A stretch of 49,695 nt of DNA from Octopus bimaculoides (Eukaryota), in contig NC_068991.1 of assembly GCF_001194135.2 (NCBI RefSeq), positions 51,050,617-51,100,311 on the forward strand. Reading direction: 5' to 3'. The stretch's first letter is position 1; each line of letters opens with the position of its first letter. The translations under genes and the position numbers were made by a program. Below are positions 12,584 to 25,499 of this stretch, in pieces. The notes beneath the pieces are model-generated. The model searched no databases and had not been told where the DNA came from. It saw only the letters and a list, made by a program, of their open reading frames with translations.

Positions 12584-12880
12584 TGGGATTTTCAAATTCA
12601 AACTGATAAGAAGATAGAAAATGATGAATCAGATATAACAGTAACAGACAAGGAAAAGCAAAGTTGCTTACTGATTGATCTATCATGTCCATTTGATTCC
12701 AGGATTGTGAAGAAAGTAGATGAAAAATTGGTGCATTAGGGACTGTGAATAATGATGTAGACAAACGGTTGAGGGAGATTGGAATGAAATGTCTTGTAGA
12801 GCATCAGCAGAAAGTTTGTCCCTTAGGAATAGGATAAATTATCAAAAGGACTTTCAGCACTTGAAATATTGAAAGCTTGT
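12584..12880 (+). mobile_element. 3' fragment of an RLE-type (R4/Dong-like) non-LTR retrotransposon, with internal deletion
   Basis: Reads WDFQIQTDKKIENDESDITVTDKEKQSCLLIDLSCPFDSRIVKKVDEK / IGALGTVNNDVDKRLREIGMKCLVEHQQKVCPLG, the restriction-like endonuclease C-terminal pattern. Confidence 0.8.
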
Positions 12881-12949
12881 GAATATCTAAAATTGCAGGT
12901 AGTAACCTGCTACCCCAATAAATTCTAGCAGGAATAAAACCAAACCTGT

Positions 12950-13114
12950 GAAGGCACATGACTTAGTGGTTAGGGCAGGGTTTCTCAACCTTTTTACCCT
13001 TGCGTAACCCTTAAAATAAATTTCATGTCTCAAGGAACCAACCCCTGCACAAAAAAAAATTATATTCCATATCTTTCTCATATTATTTTCATTGTAGTTC
13101 ACATGGTAAATATC

Positions 13115-13149
<35 letters not shown>

Positions 13150-13530
13150 TGGTTGTTATATTTTTTCGATAACATAATAGGTTAGATAAGATGATGTCTA
13201 TATTACAATGTTACAATAACCAATATGTTATATAGTAATATTATGATCATGAAATTAGCATTAGTTTATCTCACTCTTTCTTGCAGAACCCTAGGGTTCC
13301 AAGGAACCCCAATTGGAAAATGCTGGGTTAGGGTGTTGGACTCATGATCATAAGATTGTGGTTTCGATTCCTGGACTGGGCGACACATGTTCTTGAGCAA
13401 ATACTTCATTTCACATTGCACCAGTTCATTAAGCTAGCAAACATCAGTAATCCTGCGATGGACCACCGTCTTGTCCAGGTGGGGAATATATATGCCAGGG
13501 AAACTGGGAAACCAGCCCTTATGAGTTGGT
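12950..13530 (+). mobile_element. tRNA-derived SINE (third family; V-domain-like cctgcgatggac...gtccaggtgggg segment) interrupted by a hAT MITE
   Basis: The A-box-like tgacttagtgg and B-box-like gtttcgattcct rejoin once 12976-13333 (element plus one TSD copy) is removed. Confidence 0.7.
12976..13325. mobile_element. Non-autonomous hAT-superfamily element (350 bp)
   Basis: Ends cagggtttctcaa / ttggaaaatgctg (9/13 inverted match). Exact 8-bp TSD ggttaggg at 12968-12975 and 13326-13333. An 8-bp TSD with CAG termini is typical of hAT. Confidence 0.8.
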
Positions 13531-13591
13531 ATGATTCGAAAAGGTAACTTTACCTTTACCCTAAACCTGAATCAAGTCAAATAATAATAAT

Positions 13592-13770
13592 GGTTTCAAC
13601 TTTTTGGCACAAGGCCAACAATTCTGGGCTTAGGGATAAGATGATTACATTGATCTCAGTGCTGAAGTGATATTTATTTCATTGACCCTGAAAGGATGAA
13701 AGGCAAAGTCAACCTCAGCAGAATTTGAACTCAGAACATAAAGCTGGAGGAAGTGCCACTAAGCATTTTG
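13592..13770 (-). mobile_element. SINE family B copy
   Basis: gaccctgaaaggatgaaaggcaaagtcaacctcagcagaatttgaactcagaac core. Confidence 0.8.
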
Positions 13771-14689
13771 TCCTGCATGGTAATGATTCTGCTATTTTTG
13801 TCATATTTCACATGCAGTTATATACTGAATATATGTTTGTGTGTATGTGTGTGTTTCCAGCGTACAAGTGTGTGTTCATGTATACAAATGTGTGTATAAA
13901 GTGGAGCGGTTCTTGAAAATATGAAAGCTATTATTATGTTTAGTTATTAATTATTGAAAGAATAGCAAATAATAATAATAATTATTACAATAATAATTCT
14001 CATATAGTCTTCATCTGTGCATGTGTACACATGTGTGATGGTATGGCCTTGGTTGCTATTTCTTGCATCTCAAGTGTATTTGATCAGTGGTTTGCTTGTT
14101 TGTTTCTTCCTTAAAACAGTTTTGCAAGTGTGTGTGTGTGTTTGTGTGTGAGTGAGAGAAAGAAAGAGACTGGTTATAGTGATGCAAATGAAGAATTGTT
14201 TTGAAATATGTGCTTTGTGTGATTTTAATTTGTTTGTTTGAGGGATTGGCAAAACTTTTGGTAGTTGGTAGAATTGTTAGCAAGTCGAACAAAATGCATA
14301 AGATTTCTTTGGGCTCTTTATATTCTAGGTTCAAATTCTGCAAAGGCTGACTTTACATTTTTTTGAGAGTACCCCAGCAAGGCCACAGCCTTTGAGCTGA
14401 AACTAATAATGAAAAAAAAAAAATAAATAAAAAGAGCTCATTCAGCTGGTTTGCAATGCTATGATCTTTTATGTTGATGCCTGTAGCTCTGTATGTTTCT
14501 GTTCATGAGACACCATTGGAGTATTTGCATACATTCCTCTGTGTGTGTGTGTGTGTGTGCGTGCGTGAATGTGTATGCATCTGTCTGTTTGTCTTTCTCT
14601 CCCTCTCTCTCTCTCTTACTTTGTCTCTTTGCATTTCATATTTCTGTTTATGAAATATCATTGGAGTATTTACATACATCCCTGTCTAT

Positions 14690-14720
<31 letters not shown>

Positions 14721-15327
14721 AAATCAAAAAAAGCAACATGTATTTTAAAGGTTATTGCAGTATGCACGTTTCATGCTACTCCATTTATTTAAGTAATGCG
14801 AGCATTACATTAAATGCAAAATGCAGAGCAATCTTCAGCTGCACAAGGATATAGAATAAGAAAATTTACTGAAAATTTCAGTAGAATGGACATATTACTG
14901 TTGTGACAACATTTAAAATCTAAGTGGGCTATATATATATGTGTGTATATGTGTGTGTGTGTGTGTATGTATGCATCTGTCTGTCTGCCTCCTCCCATCT
15001 CTCTCTCTCTCTTTCTCTTCCTTTGTCTCTCTGCATTCTATACATTTAATTGTCAATTTAAAAATATGGTCATCTGTAGTTGCGTTTGCTAGATCTCAAG
15101 TTGATGAATAAAAAGGTGAAATAGTATATTCAATCAGTCTGTGTAGCTGTAAGCATTTTGCATACATTACAAAATTAAGTTTCATGAGTGAATGGTAAGA
15201 AATACTTCCATGATTGAAAAGACTGGGATGAAGTTAGTTTTACACATTGAAGTTTACTATTGATGTCTGTGTGTACCTAGTTTTGTTTTGGCACATCTAC
15301 TTACAAGGCAGGCTATGAATTCCTTAA

Positions 15328-15547
15328 CCCTTTAGCATTTAAAGCGGCCATGTCTGGCCCAAATATTCTATCCATTTTATATTTAAACTGGCCAGATCCA
15401 GCCTCTCACACTTACCTTACAATGTCATTCTAAAAATAAGCAACCATGTCATTGAAATCTTGAATCTACAAGATAATACATGATTAGTTCAAAATAATGT
15501 GAATAAATAGGGATTACATTTGACAGAGTAATCTGTATGATAACGGG
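15328..15547. mobile_element. piggyBac-like MITE (220 bp)
   Basis: TTAA|ccctttagcatt ... atgataacggg|TTAA. Homologous in reverse orientation to 30813-31032. Confidence 0.8.
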
Positions 15548-16020
15548 TTAAATACACACCCACCCACACCCACACACACACACAATCCTCAGCTTATGCC
15601 AGGTATTTCCTCTGTGTCAGTTAAATGAAAATGTCAATTGATCCGAAACTAGGGCAAAAGAGAAGGTTCAAGCTAATGATGTCTTTACATAAAAAAAAAA
15701 AAAAACTACCTTTCAGCTCAAACTTGATAATGATGTGTCTGAAGCTGTTGTAAATATGACAATGAATAATGAAAGTCAAAAGGAGGTTAATGATGTTGAC
15801 AATCAGTTTCCAACACTTACAATTTTAATATTATTATCTGGAATGCACAAAGGAAGATGGACAGAGATGAGATTTCTATACTGGTGACAGACAAGGAATA
15901 AAACTTAAGGTTAGAATTTTATGTCTTGTGGAGGTGATGAGTTACATACAAGAAGTGTTGTCATTCTGCTAGATCAAGAAGTTTCAAAATTGTTAATGAA
16001 TAGTGACCTTGTCTAGATGC

Positions 16021-16181
16021 AGATTTGGCTGTGTGGTAAGAAGGCATGGCTTCCCAATCACATGGTTCTGTGTTAATTTCCATTGTGTAGCATCTTGGGC
16101 AAGTGTCTTTTACTATAGCTTCAGGCTGACCTCAAAGCCTTGTGAGTGGATGTGGTAGATGGAAACTTAAAGAACCCCATC

Positions 16182-16227
<46 letters not shown>

Positions 16228-16480
16228 GATGGGGTTCTTTATATATATATATGTTTGCATATGTCTTGGTGTCTGTATTTGTCCCCCACCTCTGCGCTTA
16301 GCAATTAGTGTTGGTTTGTTTACATCCCCATAACTTAGCAGTTTGGTGAAATAGACCAATAGAGTAAGTACCAGATCAAAAAAATATTCTTGGGTCGATT
16401 CATTCGACTAAAAACTCTTCAAGGTGGTGCCCAAGCATGGCCGCAGTCTAATGACTGAAACGAGTAAAATAAAAGCAAAA
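16021..16480 (+). mobile_element. SINE family A copy
   Basis: Same head, CORE-like segment and tail as 1819-2200. Ends approximate. Confidence 0.8.
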
Positions 16481-16969
16481 AAAAAAAAAACTGTATGATT
16501 GTCTCCACTGGAATTATTTATAGTGTGACTCATAACAAACCAACAATCTTGTAATGTCTAATAAACAATTCTAATGACAGAAAAGAAAACTTTTATTTTT
16601 AGTTGGAATATTAATTATTGAATATAAAATGTAAATGAATTCCATTATATTATATAAATGCAAATTCAATGCAAGGAATTCAGTCTATAATTCAGGAAAT
16701 GACTTCTCCTTCAGTGTTAGACTTACAATGTTTTTTTAAGCTTAATATACATACTAATGCATTAAGCTCTTAATCCTAACCAGTGAAACTCCACAAGGAA
16801 ATTAATATAACGTCATGAATGCTGAAATTAAGCTGACTTTTCTAGTGTCATTGCAGAGAGAGTGAGGAATGCACAAATGTATGTTTGTATCACATAAATG
16901 TTTGCTTTTTATGATTCAGTTAACTTTAAGTAATGGTTTATTTCTTAAAAATATACAAAATCTTAATAA

Positions 16970-17737
16970 TGGTTTCAAATTTTGGCACAAGACCAGCAAT
17001 TTTAGGGGAATGGGTAACTCAATTATATTGACTGCAGTATTCAACTGGTGTATATTTTAATAACACCTATTTCTGTCTCTCTGTCTCTGTCACACTCTAA
17101 ATCACACTCTAACCTTTCATCATCTGACACAAGATCACTTCCTCCAACTCACCCTCCCCTCTCAAAGGTTCTTTGTCTTGCAAGTTACTTGGTGATCCTA
17201 CCAGTGCTGGTATGACACAGAAAGCATTCAGTCCACGCTTTGAAGTGGTTGGTATTTGGAAGGGCATCCAGCTGTAAAAACCATGCCAAAACTAACCTTG
17301 TCTGTGCTGGTGCCACATAAAAAGCACTCAGTCCACTCTGTGGGGTGGTTGGTGTTAGGGAGGGCTTCCAGACATAAAAATCATACCAAAACAGACACAG
17401 AAATCTGATCACCTGCAATGGATGAAAGGCAAATTTGACCTCGGTAGAATTTCAACTCACAAAGGAGGATGAAATGAAATGCTGCTTAGCATTTTGCCAG
17501 GCATGCTAATGTTTCTGCCAGCTCACCACCCTATATGTATAACTTGTATTGATTTCAAATTTTAGCACAAGGTCAGTAATTCGAGAGGAGGGGCTAAGTT
17601 GATTAGACCAACCCCAGTGCTCAACTGGTACTTATTTTATTGAACCCGAAAGGATGAAAGGCAGAGTTGACCTTGGCAAAATTTGAAATCTGACAGAGGA
17701 ATTGCTGCTAAGCATTTTGCCTGGCATCTTGCTGCCT
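16970..17737 (-). mobile_element. Family B SINE pieces (about 16970-17060, 17420-17530, 17551-17737) around a + strand RTE-tail element
   Basis: The family B core motif recurs. Boundaries approximate. Confidence 0.7.
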
Positions 17738-18919
17738 TATAAAATCTTCATCATGAATATAATATCTACGTGTGTGTTTGTAGATATAAGTGTACAGAAA
17801 AATACAAATATGCGCGTTTATGTTTATATATCTGTTTACATACATACATAGATATAACTCTTTCGACTTTTTACTATGATTTATATACACATATTTGTGT
17901 GTGTGTGTGCATGTGCGTGTGTGTGTGTGTGTGCATATATATATATGTATGTATATTGTGCCATACTGATTCTGCCAGAAAATCATGTTGAGTTGAGGGT
18001 ACATATGTCAGGGGAATATTTAGTCATTTACATGTTAAATCAAGGGTAGGTAATTCAGAAGATCAGATAACTGAATCTGCATCTCCAAAACTAATGGTAA
18101 ACCATCCATCAATGTGTTTGTATGCGTGTGTGTGTGTGCGTATGTGTGTCCATATACAGTTGTCCCTTGGTTTGCTTGGCACTCAGTTTGCGTGGTTTTG
18201 GTTTCTGTTACTTTATTTTTACACTTTACATCTGCAGAATTCTCACTTGGTCTTTCTCATTTTATTTTGGCATTTTCCTATCATTTTACTTTCAGCTCAC
18301 TTCTTCAAAAGAATGGGATACCACACTCTAAACTAATGCTTCTATTAGAGTTAATTTTTAATATTTAATTAAATATTTTTTGAAATTGAATGATATGGTT
18401 TAAAATGTCAATAAAGGCAATTTTAGAAATGATTACTGAAATATTAAATAATTGATTTATTTAAATAATCAAAGTATTAAGTAATTAGTTATATTAAACC
18501 TGCTTCAAAGTGGAAATTGTCTGACAGAGACAGTTTATTAGAAACAAAATAATTGTTAGAACAATTTTACAAAAAAAAAAAATGAAAAAGGAAAAAAAAT
18601 TTGAGTTTCAATTATTGTTGGATTGTCGTTCATGTTAAAACATGCATCACATGCATGGAACTATAGTATGGAAATGGTTGAAAGACACTCTTTGAATTTA
18701 GATAGAAGCAAAAACGCAATATTACAGCAGTTACATGTACAGATACAGATACTCACACATGCATACATACACACACACAATATGTGCTCATGCACATACA
18801 CATGTGATAATCATGTTAATGAAATTCATTTCAATAGATAATTGTTTAAATATATGATTTTTGGTTCAAATGGTGGCTTGCAAAACCCAGTCAGCTGTGT
18901 AAACTGAGGAACAACTGTA

Positions 18920-18984
18920 TTTCATGATCATGATCATCATGATCATGATTATCATCATCATCATCATCATCATTGTCATCATCG

Positions 18985-19052
<68 letters not shown>

Positions 19053-19080
19053 GTTGTTGTCATCGTCGTCATCATCATTG
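18920..19080. repeat. Long imperfect (ATC)n microsatellite, followed by (TG)n at about 19150-19200
   Basis: Read directly. Confidence 0.95.
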
Positions 19081-19147
19081 TAAATTGTGTGTGTGAGTGT
19101 GAATGTGTATACATGCATGCATGTGTATGCGTACACATTTATATTTT

Positions 19148-19204
<57 letters not shown>

Positions 19205-19302
19205 CGTATCAGTAAATATTTATTTTCTCAAAATATTTTGACAGTGTCTTGTGTGAAAAGATTTTCTTTTGCTTTGTTTTTGAGGATTTCCTTTAAGACC
19301 TT

Positions 19303-19502
19303 AAAAGACCTTATGACAGAGTCATTCTCCTAGAAGACCTTATGACAGAGTCAATCGCCAAGAAGCCCTTATGGTAGAGTCAGTCACCTAGAAGACCTTA
19401 TGATTCAGTCAATCCCCTAGAAGACCTTATGATAGAGTTAATCCCCTAGAAGACCTATGATGGAGTCAATCCCCTAGAAGACCTTATGACAGAGTCAATC
19501 CC
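19303..19502 (+). repeat. Minisatellite: about 7 copies of a 29-bp unit (agaagaccttatgacagagtcaatcccct)
   Basis: Tandem units read directly, one of 28 bp. No spacers. Confidence 0.95.
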
Positions 19503-21296
19503 TTATTTAGGATTAGCTCTTACTTCTCTATGTCATATTTCAGTTCATTGTAGAACTGTGATACCCATTCTACCATGTAGTAGATGATTGTACAGTGTGA
19601 CAGCCACTGGCCAGAGAGAAGGGCAATTCTGCCAGTATATAACAGGGTCTCATCTTGGAGACTTATGAGAAACAGTTGGCAACTCAGTACAGTTTTTGGA
19701 CCTTGTGCATCTACAGAATTGGAAAGAAAAGGTGATATTAGGGGTGAAGGTATAAATGAAAGAAGTTCAGAATGCAGGAGATCAAAGCTTAGAATTTTTA
19801 AGTTCATAAAGAAAATGAAAATAGGATAGGGTGCCAGCTAAGGCAAACTAATATTAATGATGCTATTAATAAAAGTTGCTAAACATTTCAGCTCTGAAAT
19901 CAATGAAAACTAATTCCTGCTGTTAATAAGGGTGATAGCAATGTTGAAATATTGTGTATATGTATGTACATACGTGTTATGTATATGCATGTACATAAAT
20001 GTTATGTATATGCTTGTACATATTTATGTATGTTGTGTATATGTATGTGTATGTGTGCATGGTGTATCTTTATTCTGTGAGTGTGTTTGACTTATTATGA
20101 ACACATAGTTGTATACAGGAGACACAAACACACACACACATGTCTCATATAACAGCATACAAATACACACACGTCTCACATAACATCATTTTGCATGCCC
20201 TACCCCCGTCCTCTCTGCATCATCTGTTGCTATGATCATATGTTTCTAAGCATGTGTGAATCACATATATTCTTGTCGTTGATGTATTTATGAGTTAATA
20301 TATGATGTATGATATAAATCAATACTTTGCTAAAACACTTCATCATAGATTTTTGTAAGAAACAATTAAATGTATTGTGCTCAACATATTCTGCAGAAGA
20401 TGAAAAAAAATTCAAGCAAGCAAATCAACTAAACACATCATATCAGCTGAATTGGAATATCTTTTGCCAACTTTACTAATATCAACACAATTTTCGTTGC
20501 TTTTTGCACTTAAACATTTTGCAACTTTTCATCGAATGGTTTATTTTTCTGTATGTTTTTAGAGGCAGAAGAAATTTAGTTGGTTTCTTCAGAATCTGCT
20601 GCATGCAACAGTGTTAAGAATAGGTTTCAAGCTAGGAAGTTATATAAAAGATGGCTATATCTAATTGATGGATTATCATAGCAACTAAGATGTAATTAAC
20701 AAACTGTGACTAATGAAGATTTCCTTAAACTACGCATAAGAAAAACTATATCAATCATCACTATACCAATCTAGCATAATAGATTAGATTTACTCCAGAA
20801 TATTACTGGTATTAATTTCATCACCCTTGTAGACTGATAACTCTGTGTAACAAAATTTTTTATTTTTTTGTCTTTGGTCAGTAAGTGCCATTTCCTATTT
20901 GCTTCTATCTAGAAATCAAAGGAAATGACTACTATTCCCTTCAAACTTTGCTTTTGTCACCTGGATATCAATATTTTGAAACTGATTTTATTTTCCATTA
21001 CATTTCAGACAGGTTCAGCGTGATGTTACTGAAACAGAAATATCGTTATAGCAAATTTTCTGAATGGGTATAAATATGATAGGAATGGATGAGTGCGAGG
21101 TAGAAGACTATTGTAGGCTGATATCGGGAGGTACCTGTGGTGTAAGAAAACCAAAATAAGAAAAGAAAAAAATGAATGAGGTTAGATTTGGGAATGTTTG
21201 GTGTCACAAACAAGATGAGTTAGAATATGCTGTACTACATACATAGATTAATATCGACATGCAAACATGGAAATAATAATAACAATAATCATAATC

Positions 21297-21585
21297 CTTT
21301 CTACTAAAGGCACAAGGCCTGAAATTTGGTGGGAGAAGATTAGTCGAGTACATGGACCCCAGTATGTAACTGGTACTTAATTTATTCCTTTCTACTCTAG
21401 GCACAAGGCCCAAAATTTGTGAGGAGGAGGCCAGTCGATTAGATCGACCCTAGTACGCAACTGGTATTTAATTTATTGACTCCAAAAGGACGAAAAGTAA
21501 TGTCGACCTCAGCAGAATTTTAACTTGGACGAAACACTATTAAGCATTTTGTCCAGCATGCTAAAGATTCTGCCAGCTTGCCACC
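21297..21585 (-). mobile_element. Two adjacent family B SINEs (a 3' fragment and a near full-length copy)
   Basis: tttctact..aggcacaaggcc..aaattt occurs twice (about 21298 and about 21390), followed by core and head. Confidence 0.8.
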
Positions 21586-22465
21586 AGCAATAATAATTTG
21601 GCCTTAACCACTTGAGCATGCCTCTTTGTGGCTGACAATATGTGCGTCTCTGATGATGAGCAGGAGTAGTGGGGGAGCATTATAGCCATGTTTTGAGAGG
21701 GATTCCTTGGGGTTTAATAAATGTTATAAAAGCAAAGTTTGAAGGAAATATTAGCCATTTTTCATCCTTTCTTGGGGTAAGCAAATAGGGAATAACATTT
21801 GCTATCCAAAGACAAAAATTGTGTTACACAGTGTAATTGGTAAAATGCATTGGTTGATTAGAGAGAATTAACTTATATTGTTGCTATATTTTTATTTTGA
21901 ATTATTTAAAATTATTTTAAAAACATAACATAAAAAGACAAATCTAAAATCAGTAAAAAATTTAGAACAGAGCCCTACCTTAGCAATATATTCACATTCC
22001 TTAGATTAATAACAATTTCTTACTTTTACACAGAATCACACACTTACAGAATCCTATTATGGCACTCATATTTTTCTCAGAACATGAATTAAGTACAAAA
22101 ATAAATATGGATGTAACCGGCCTTGGATTATTATTCCCATCTTTGGAAAAGTGATGCTTTCCAGTGATTAATATATGAAAATTGTTCCAGAGAAAAGTTA
22201 CGTACTTTAGGGGTAAAAAGAATAAATGAAAGAAAAAAAATCCCATTAATTCTTAATAGTCTACAATCATTCACTTCATTATTTATTATATATCCCTGTC
22301 TTTGCTTATTCTGTTATTGCTAAAATAATATTCTCTATTCTTTTGAAGTTATCTCCCCCACCCACCGCATCCTACACTACCCACAGCCAATATCTTGTCC
22401 CTTCATTCGATCCTTTATTAAGCTTTTGATCTTGTAAAGCATCATCATCATCAAGCTCTAGATAT

Positions 22466-22655
22466 TGGTTTCAAATTTTGGTACAAAGCCAGCAATTTTA
22501 GAAGGGGACTAGTTGATTACATCAACCCCAGTACTCAACTGGTTCTTATTTTATCAACCCTGAAAGGATGACAGGCAAAGTTACCTCAGCAGAATTTGAA
22601 CTCCAAATGAAATGTTGCTAAGTATTTTGCCTGGCATGCTAATTGTTCTGCCTGT
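22466..22655 (-). mobile_element. SINE family B copy
   Basis: caaccctgaaaggatgacaggcaaagttacctcagcagaatttgaactc core. Confidence 0.75.
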
Positions 22656-22794
22656 CTGCTACATTCATCAAGTTTTAGGTATTACCATGCAATCCTGTTG
22701 ACTAAATGTTCTACAGGCCCAAAGAAAGTTTAACTTAAAAACGCTGGTCAATAGAAGATTTAGTAATGTTATTGTACTTTTGTGTGTCACAGTG

Positions 22795-23124
22795 AACTGC
22801 CATTATGAGAATTTCAGATTGTGGCCCAAAGACACTAGACTTGGGGAGATTCAGCGTGACACTATGTGCGACAAGGCTAGCCCTTTGAGATACAGGTACA
22901 AGGCTAGCCCTTTGAAATACAGGTACAACAGAAACAGGAAGAAAGAGTGAGAGAAAGTTGTGGTGAAAGAGTATAGCAGGGTTCGCCACCACCCTCTGCT
23001 GGAGCCTCATGGAGCTTTTGGTGTTTTCACTCAATAAACACTCATAAGGCTTGGTCTGGGAATCGAAACTGCGATCCCACAACTGCAATTCCGCTGCCCT
23101 AACCACTGGGCCATTGCGCCTCCA
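22795..23124 (-). mobile_element. tRNA-derived SINE (fourth family)
   Basis: The reverse complement begins tggaggcgcaatggcccagtggttagggcagcgg...gtttcgattccc (A and B boxes). It has a 27-bp internal tandem duplication, caaggctagccctttga(g/a)atacaggta. Confidence 0.8.
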
Positions 23125-23682
23125 TTCACTGGATAAGTTAAATGGTAAGAAATATGTTAAGTTATTTTGTTTCTAAGACACCTTAAAATTTTCTTGTTTT
23201 TTAATCTTCTAGAACTATTCTTCATTTTATGCTTCTTCATTCAAGACATCTGTCTGAATTTTGATGAGTCAACAAGAATGCCTCTATGAGTCTTTGACTT
23301 GCTAGAAATAGTAATGAATCCAAAAGAAATCATACTTTTCTATCTTAAATAAAGGAAAATTTGATAATGTAGTCCATGATATGCAATAAACAAGATGGTC
23401 ATATCTGGAGAGCCTTTGTCGATTGACTGATCTATAACTAAACAACATTACTACTAACTGTAAACACATTGTTTCCTTCAGTCAATATATCTAACAAAAT
23501 ATTGATCATCTAAGATTCTGCAATAATTGATTTCAGAATATCATTTATGTCTTGTAATTGGTGAACCAGGACATAATTGGGTACAAGATTCCAATAGACC
23601 AATCATTGGTTCATTGGATTCCTGATAGTGAATGGAGCAAGAGAGTGTGTCTTCAGCTTGCTGTATCAACTTTTATCTCCTA

Positions 23683-23879
23683 TCTTTTACTTGTTTCAGT
23701 CATTAGACTGCAGCCATTCTGGGGCATTGCATTGAAGAAATGTTTTAGTCAAATGAATTGACCCCAGTACATTTTTTTTTAAAGCCTGGTACTCATTCCT
23801 CATTCTGTTGGTCTCTTTTGCTGAGTTGCTAAGATACGAAGAACATAAACACACCAACACTAGTTGTCAAGTGGTGGTG

Positions 23880-23930
<51 letters not shown>

Positions 23931-24010
23931 ATCGGCTACTTTCACTTTCACTTACAAGGCTTTGGTTGACCTGAGGCTGTAGTAGAAGACACTTGCCCAA
24001 GGTACCATGT
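23683..24010 (-). mobile_element. SINE family A copy, head truncated
   Basis: Reverse complement of the family A tail (ttgtttcagtcattagactgcagcc...) and middle (gtagaagacacttgcccaaggtacc). Confidence 0.75.
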
Positions 24011-24011
24011 A

Positions 24012-24210
24012 GTCAAATATAATGCTTATTTATTCATGTGGTTTTGAATTAGTCATACAATATCTCAAAGCTGTGAAATTTCAATGATATAATTGTTTAT
24101 TTTTAGAATGACATTGTAGGGTAGGTGTGAGAGGTTGGACACAGCCAGTTTGAACATAAAATATGCAGAATATTTTGATCAAATATGGCTAGTTTAAATG
24201 CTTAAGGGTG
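24012..24210. mobile_element. Truncated, diverged third copy of the piggyBac-like MITE
   Basis: Shares aatgacattgtagg..aggt...gccagtttgaa.ataaaa...gtttaaatgct.aagggt with 30813-31032. One end is replaced by a SINE. Confidence 0.65.
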
Positions 24211-24889
24211 AAACAATTCACAGTTACTGGCAAAGCATATATAATATATATAATGTAGTGTATATAATATAGTGTATATCATATATAACCTAAATACTAC
24301 ATTAAGTTAATATTTTAAGAAGAAGATTATTATTGTAAGAAAAACTGTTGTAAAGTACCATCTGTCTGTAGTGTAAGGTATGCTGTTTACTAAGATCTCT
24401 CGTGTATAACAGTGTTTAAACTTAGACTTGTTTGCTTATAACTATGATAGATCTACTGCATTTACTCAGATTTTAATCTCTCTAGTTATTTATTTATTCC
24501 TCTCCTTATATTATCATTTCCGCTGTCTGTACTTCTTCGATCTAACACCTGGCATCAATCAATAACTGATTTTCAGTTGTATTTCTACACCAACTGAGCT
24601 AAACTGTCAAAAAAAAAAAAAGTAATGTCTTCTTATTTTGTATTTATAATGACACAAAAGTATGTTTTAATTTCCTTTACTCTTTACATTCTTGTTATTT
24701 TCCAACTTATGCTAAATCTATCAACATTCGCATTTGCTGTCGTCATTACTGTCGTTGTCATCATAGTCACCATCATCATAGTCACCGTCGTCGTAGTCAT
24801 TGACATTGCCGTCACCACCATTACTATCTCCACATTGCCGTCACCATTGTTGTTGCCATCAACATCGTCATTGTGTTTAAGGGCTGTAG

Positions 24890-25075
24890 ATTGACAGGAA
24901 TGGTAGAGCATCACATAAAATGCCTTACAGAATTTGTTCTTGTCTCTTTAATTTCAAATCCTGCTGGAGTCAACTTTGTCTTTTATCCTTCAAGAGTTGA
25001 TAACTTGAACCAGTTAAAATCTGGGATCAATTTAACTGCCTTTTCCCCTCCCACTCTCCCTGAATTTCTGACCTT
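24890..25075 (+). mobile_element. Old SINE family B copy
   Basis: ttcaaatcctgctggagtcaactttgtcttttatccttcaagagttgataa, a diverged core. Confidence 0.6.
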
Positions 25076-25499
25076 CTCCCTATGTGAGAAATTGTTATTA
25101 TTTTATGAGATAGAGGCAATATTAAAATGTGATATTTTAGTGTTTAATGAAGCTGAAAGTTGTTATTTAACCCTAGGCCAGGCCTGACCACGTAGACCTG
25201 TGATTAAAGTTGTTCCAGTTATGATCATATGGTCTCTTTTCTTTAGGTTTAGTGTATATAAGATGACATCTGTATTTTCAGGCAATAAAGTGTGATTCAC
25301 TAGAGACTTGGCTGCTATTTCTACAACGTTGGGTGACCACATAGAAGTTTCTTTTGTAAGCTCATGAAGCTTAAAATAGAAATGTCATGTAATATGATAT
25401 ATGGTAATAACCTCATGGTGTACTGGTACCTTTTACATTTCCCTTGATATCAAAAGATAATACTAAAGTTGGTAGACAATTATCCTCTGCTTTTCTCTG

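Noticed and set aside
15718-15890. Open frame LKLDNDVSEAVVNM... after tttcag
   Set aside because: It runs into a stop without a good donor and has no recognisable domain. Possibly a transposon remnant.
18866-19333. Poly-M, poly-D and poly-I ORFs
   Set aside because: (ATC)n and (TG)n microsatellite artefacts.
19303-19502. Possible CRISPR array (29-bp repeats)
   Set aside because: The units are contiguous with no unique spacers, and the context is eukaryotic.
21009-21067. Candidate myosin exon (D)RFSVMLLKQKYRYSKFSEW after tttcag
   Set aside because: Only a vague F..R-like resemblance, a weak donor (gtataa), and no GKTK-type link to the real exon.
23050-23124. tRNA-like sequence (also at 12950, 36267 and the family A heads)
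   Set aside because: A/B boxes are followed by SINE bodies, and no complete cloverleaf is evident, so these are SINE heads and not tRNA genes.
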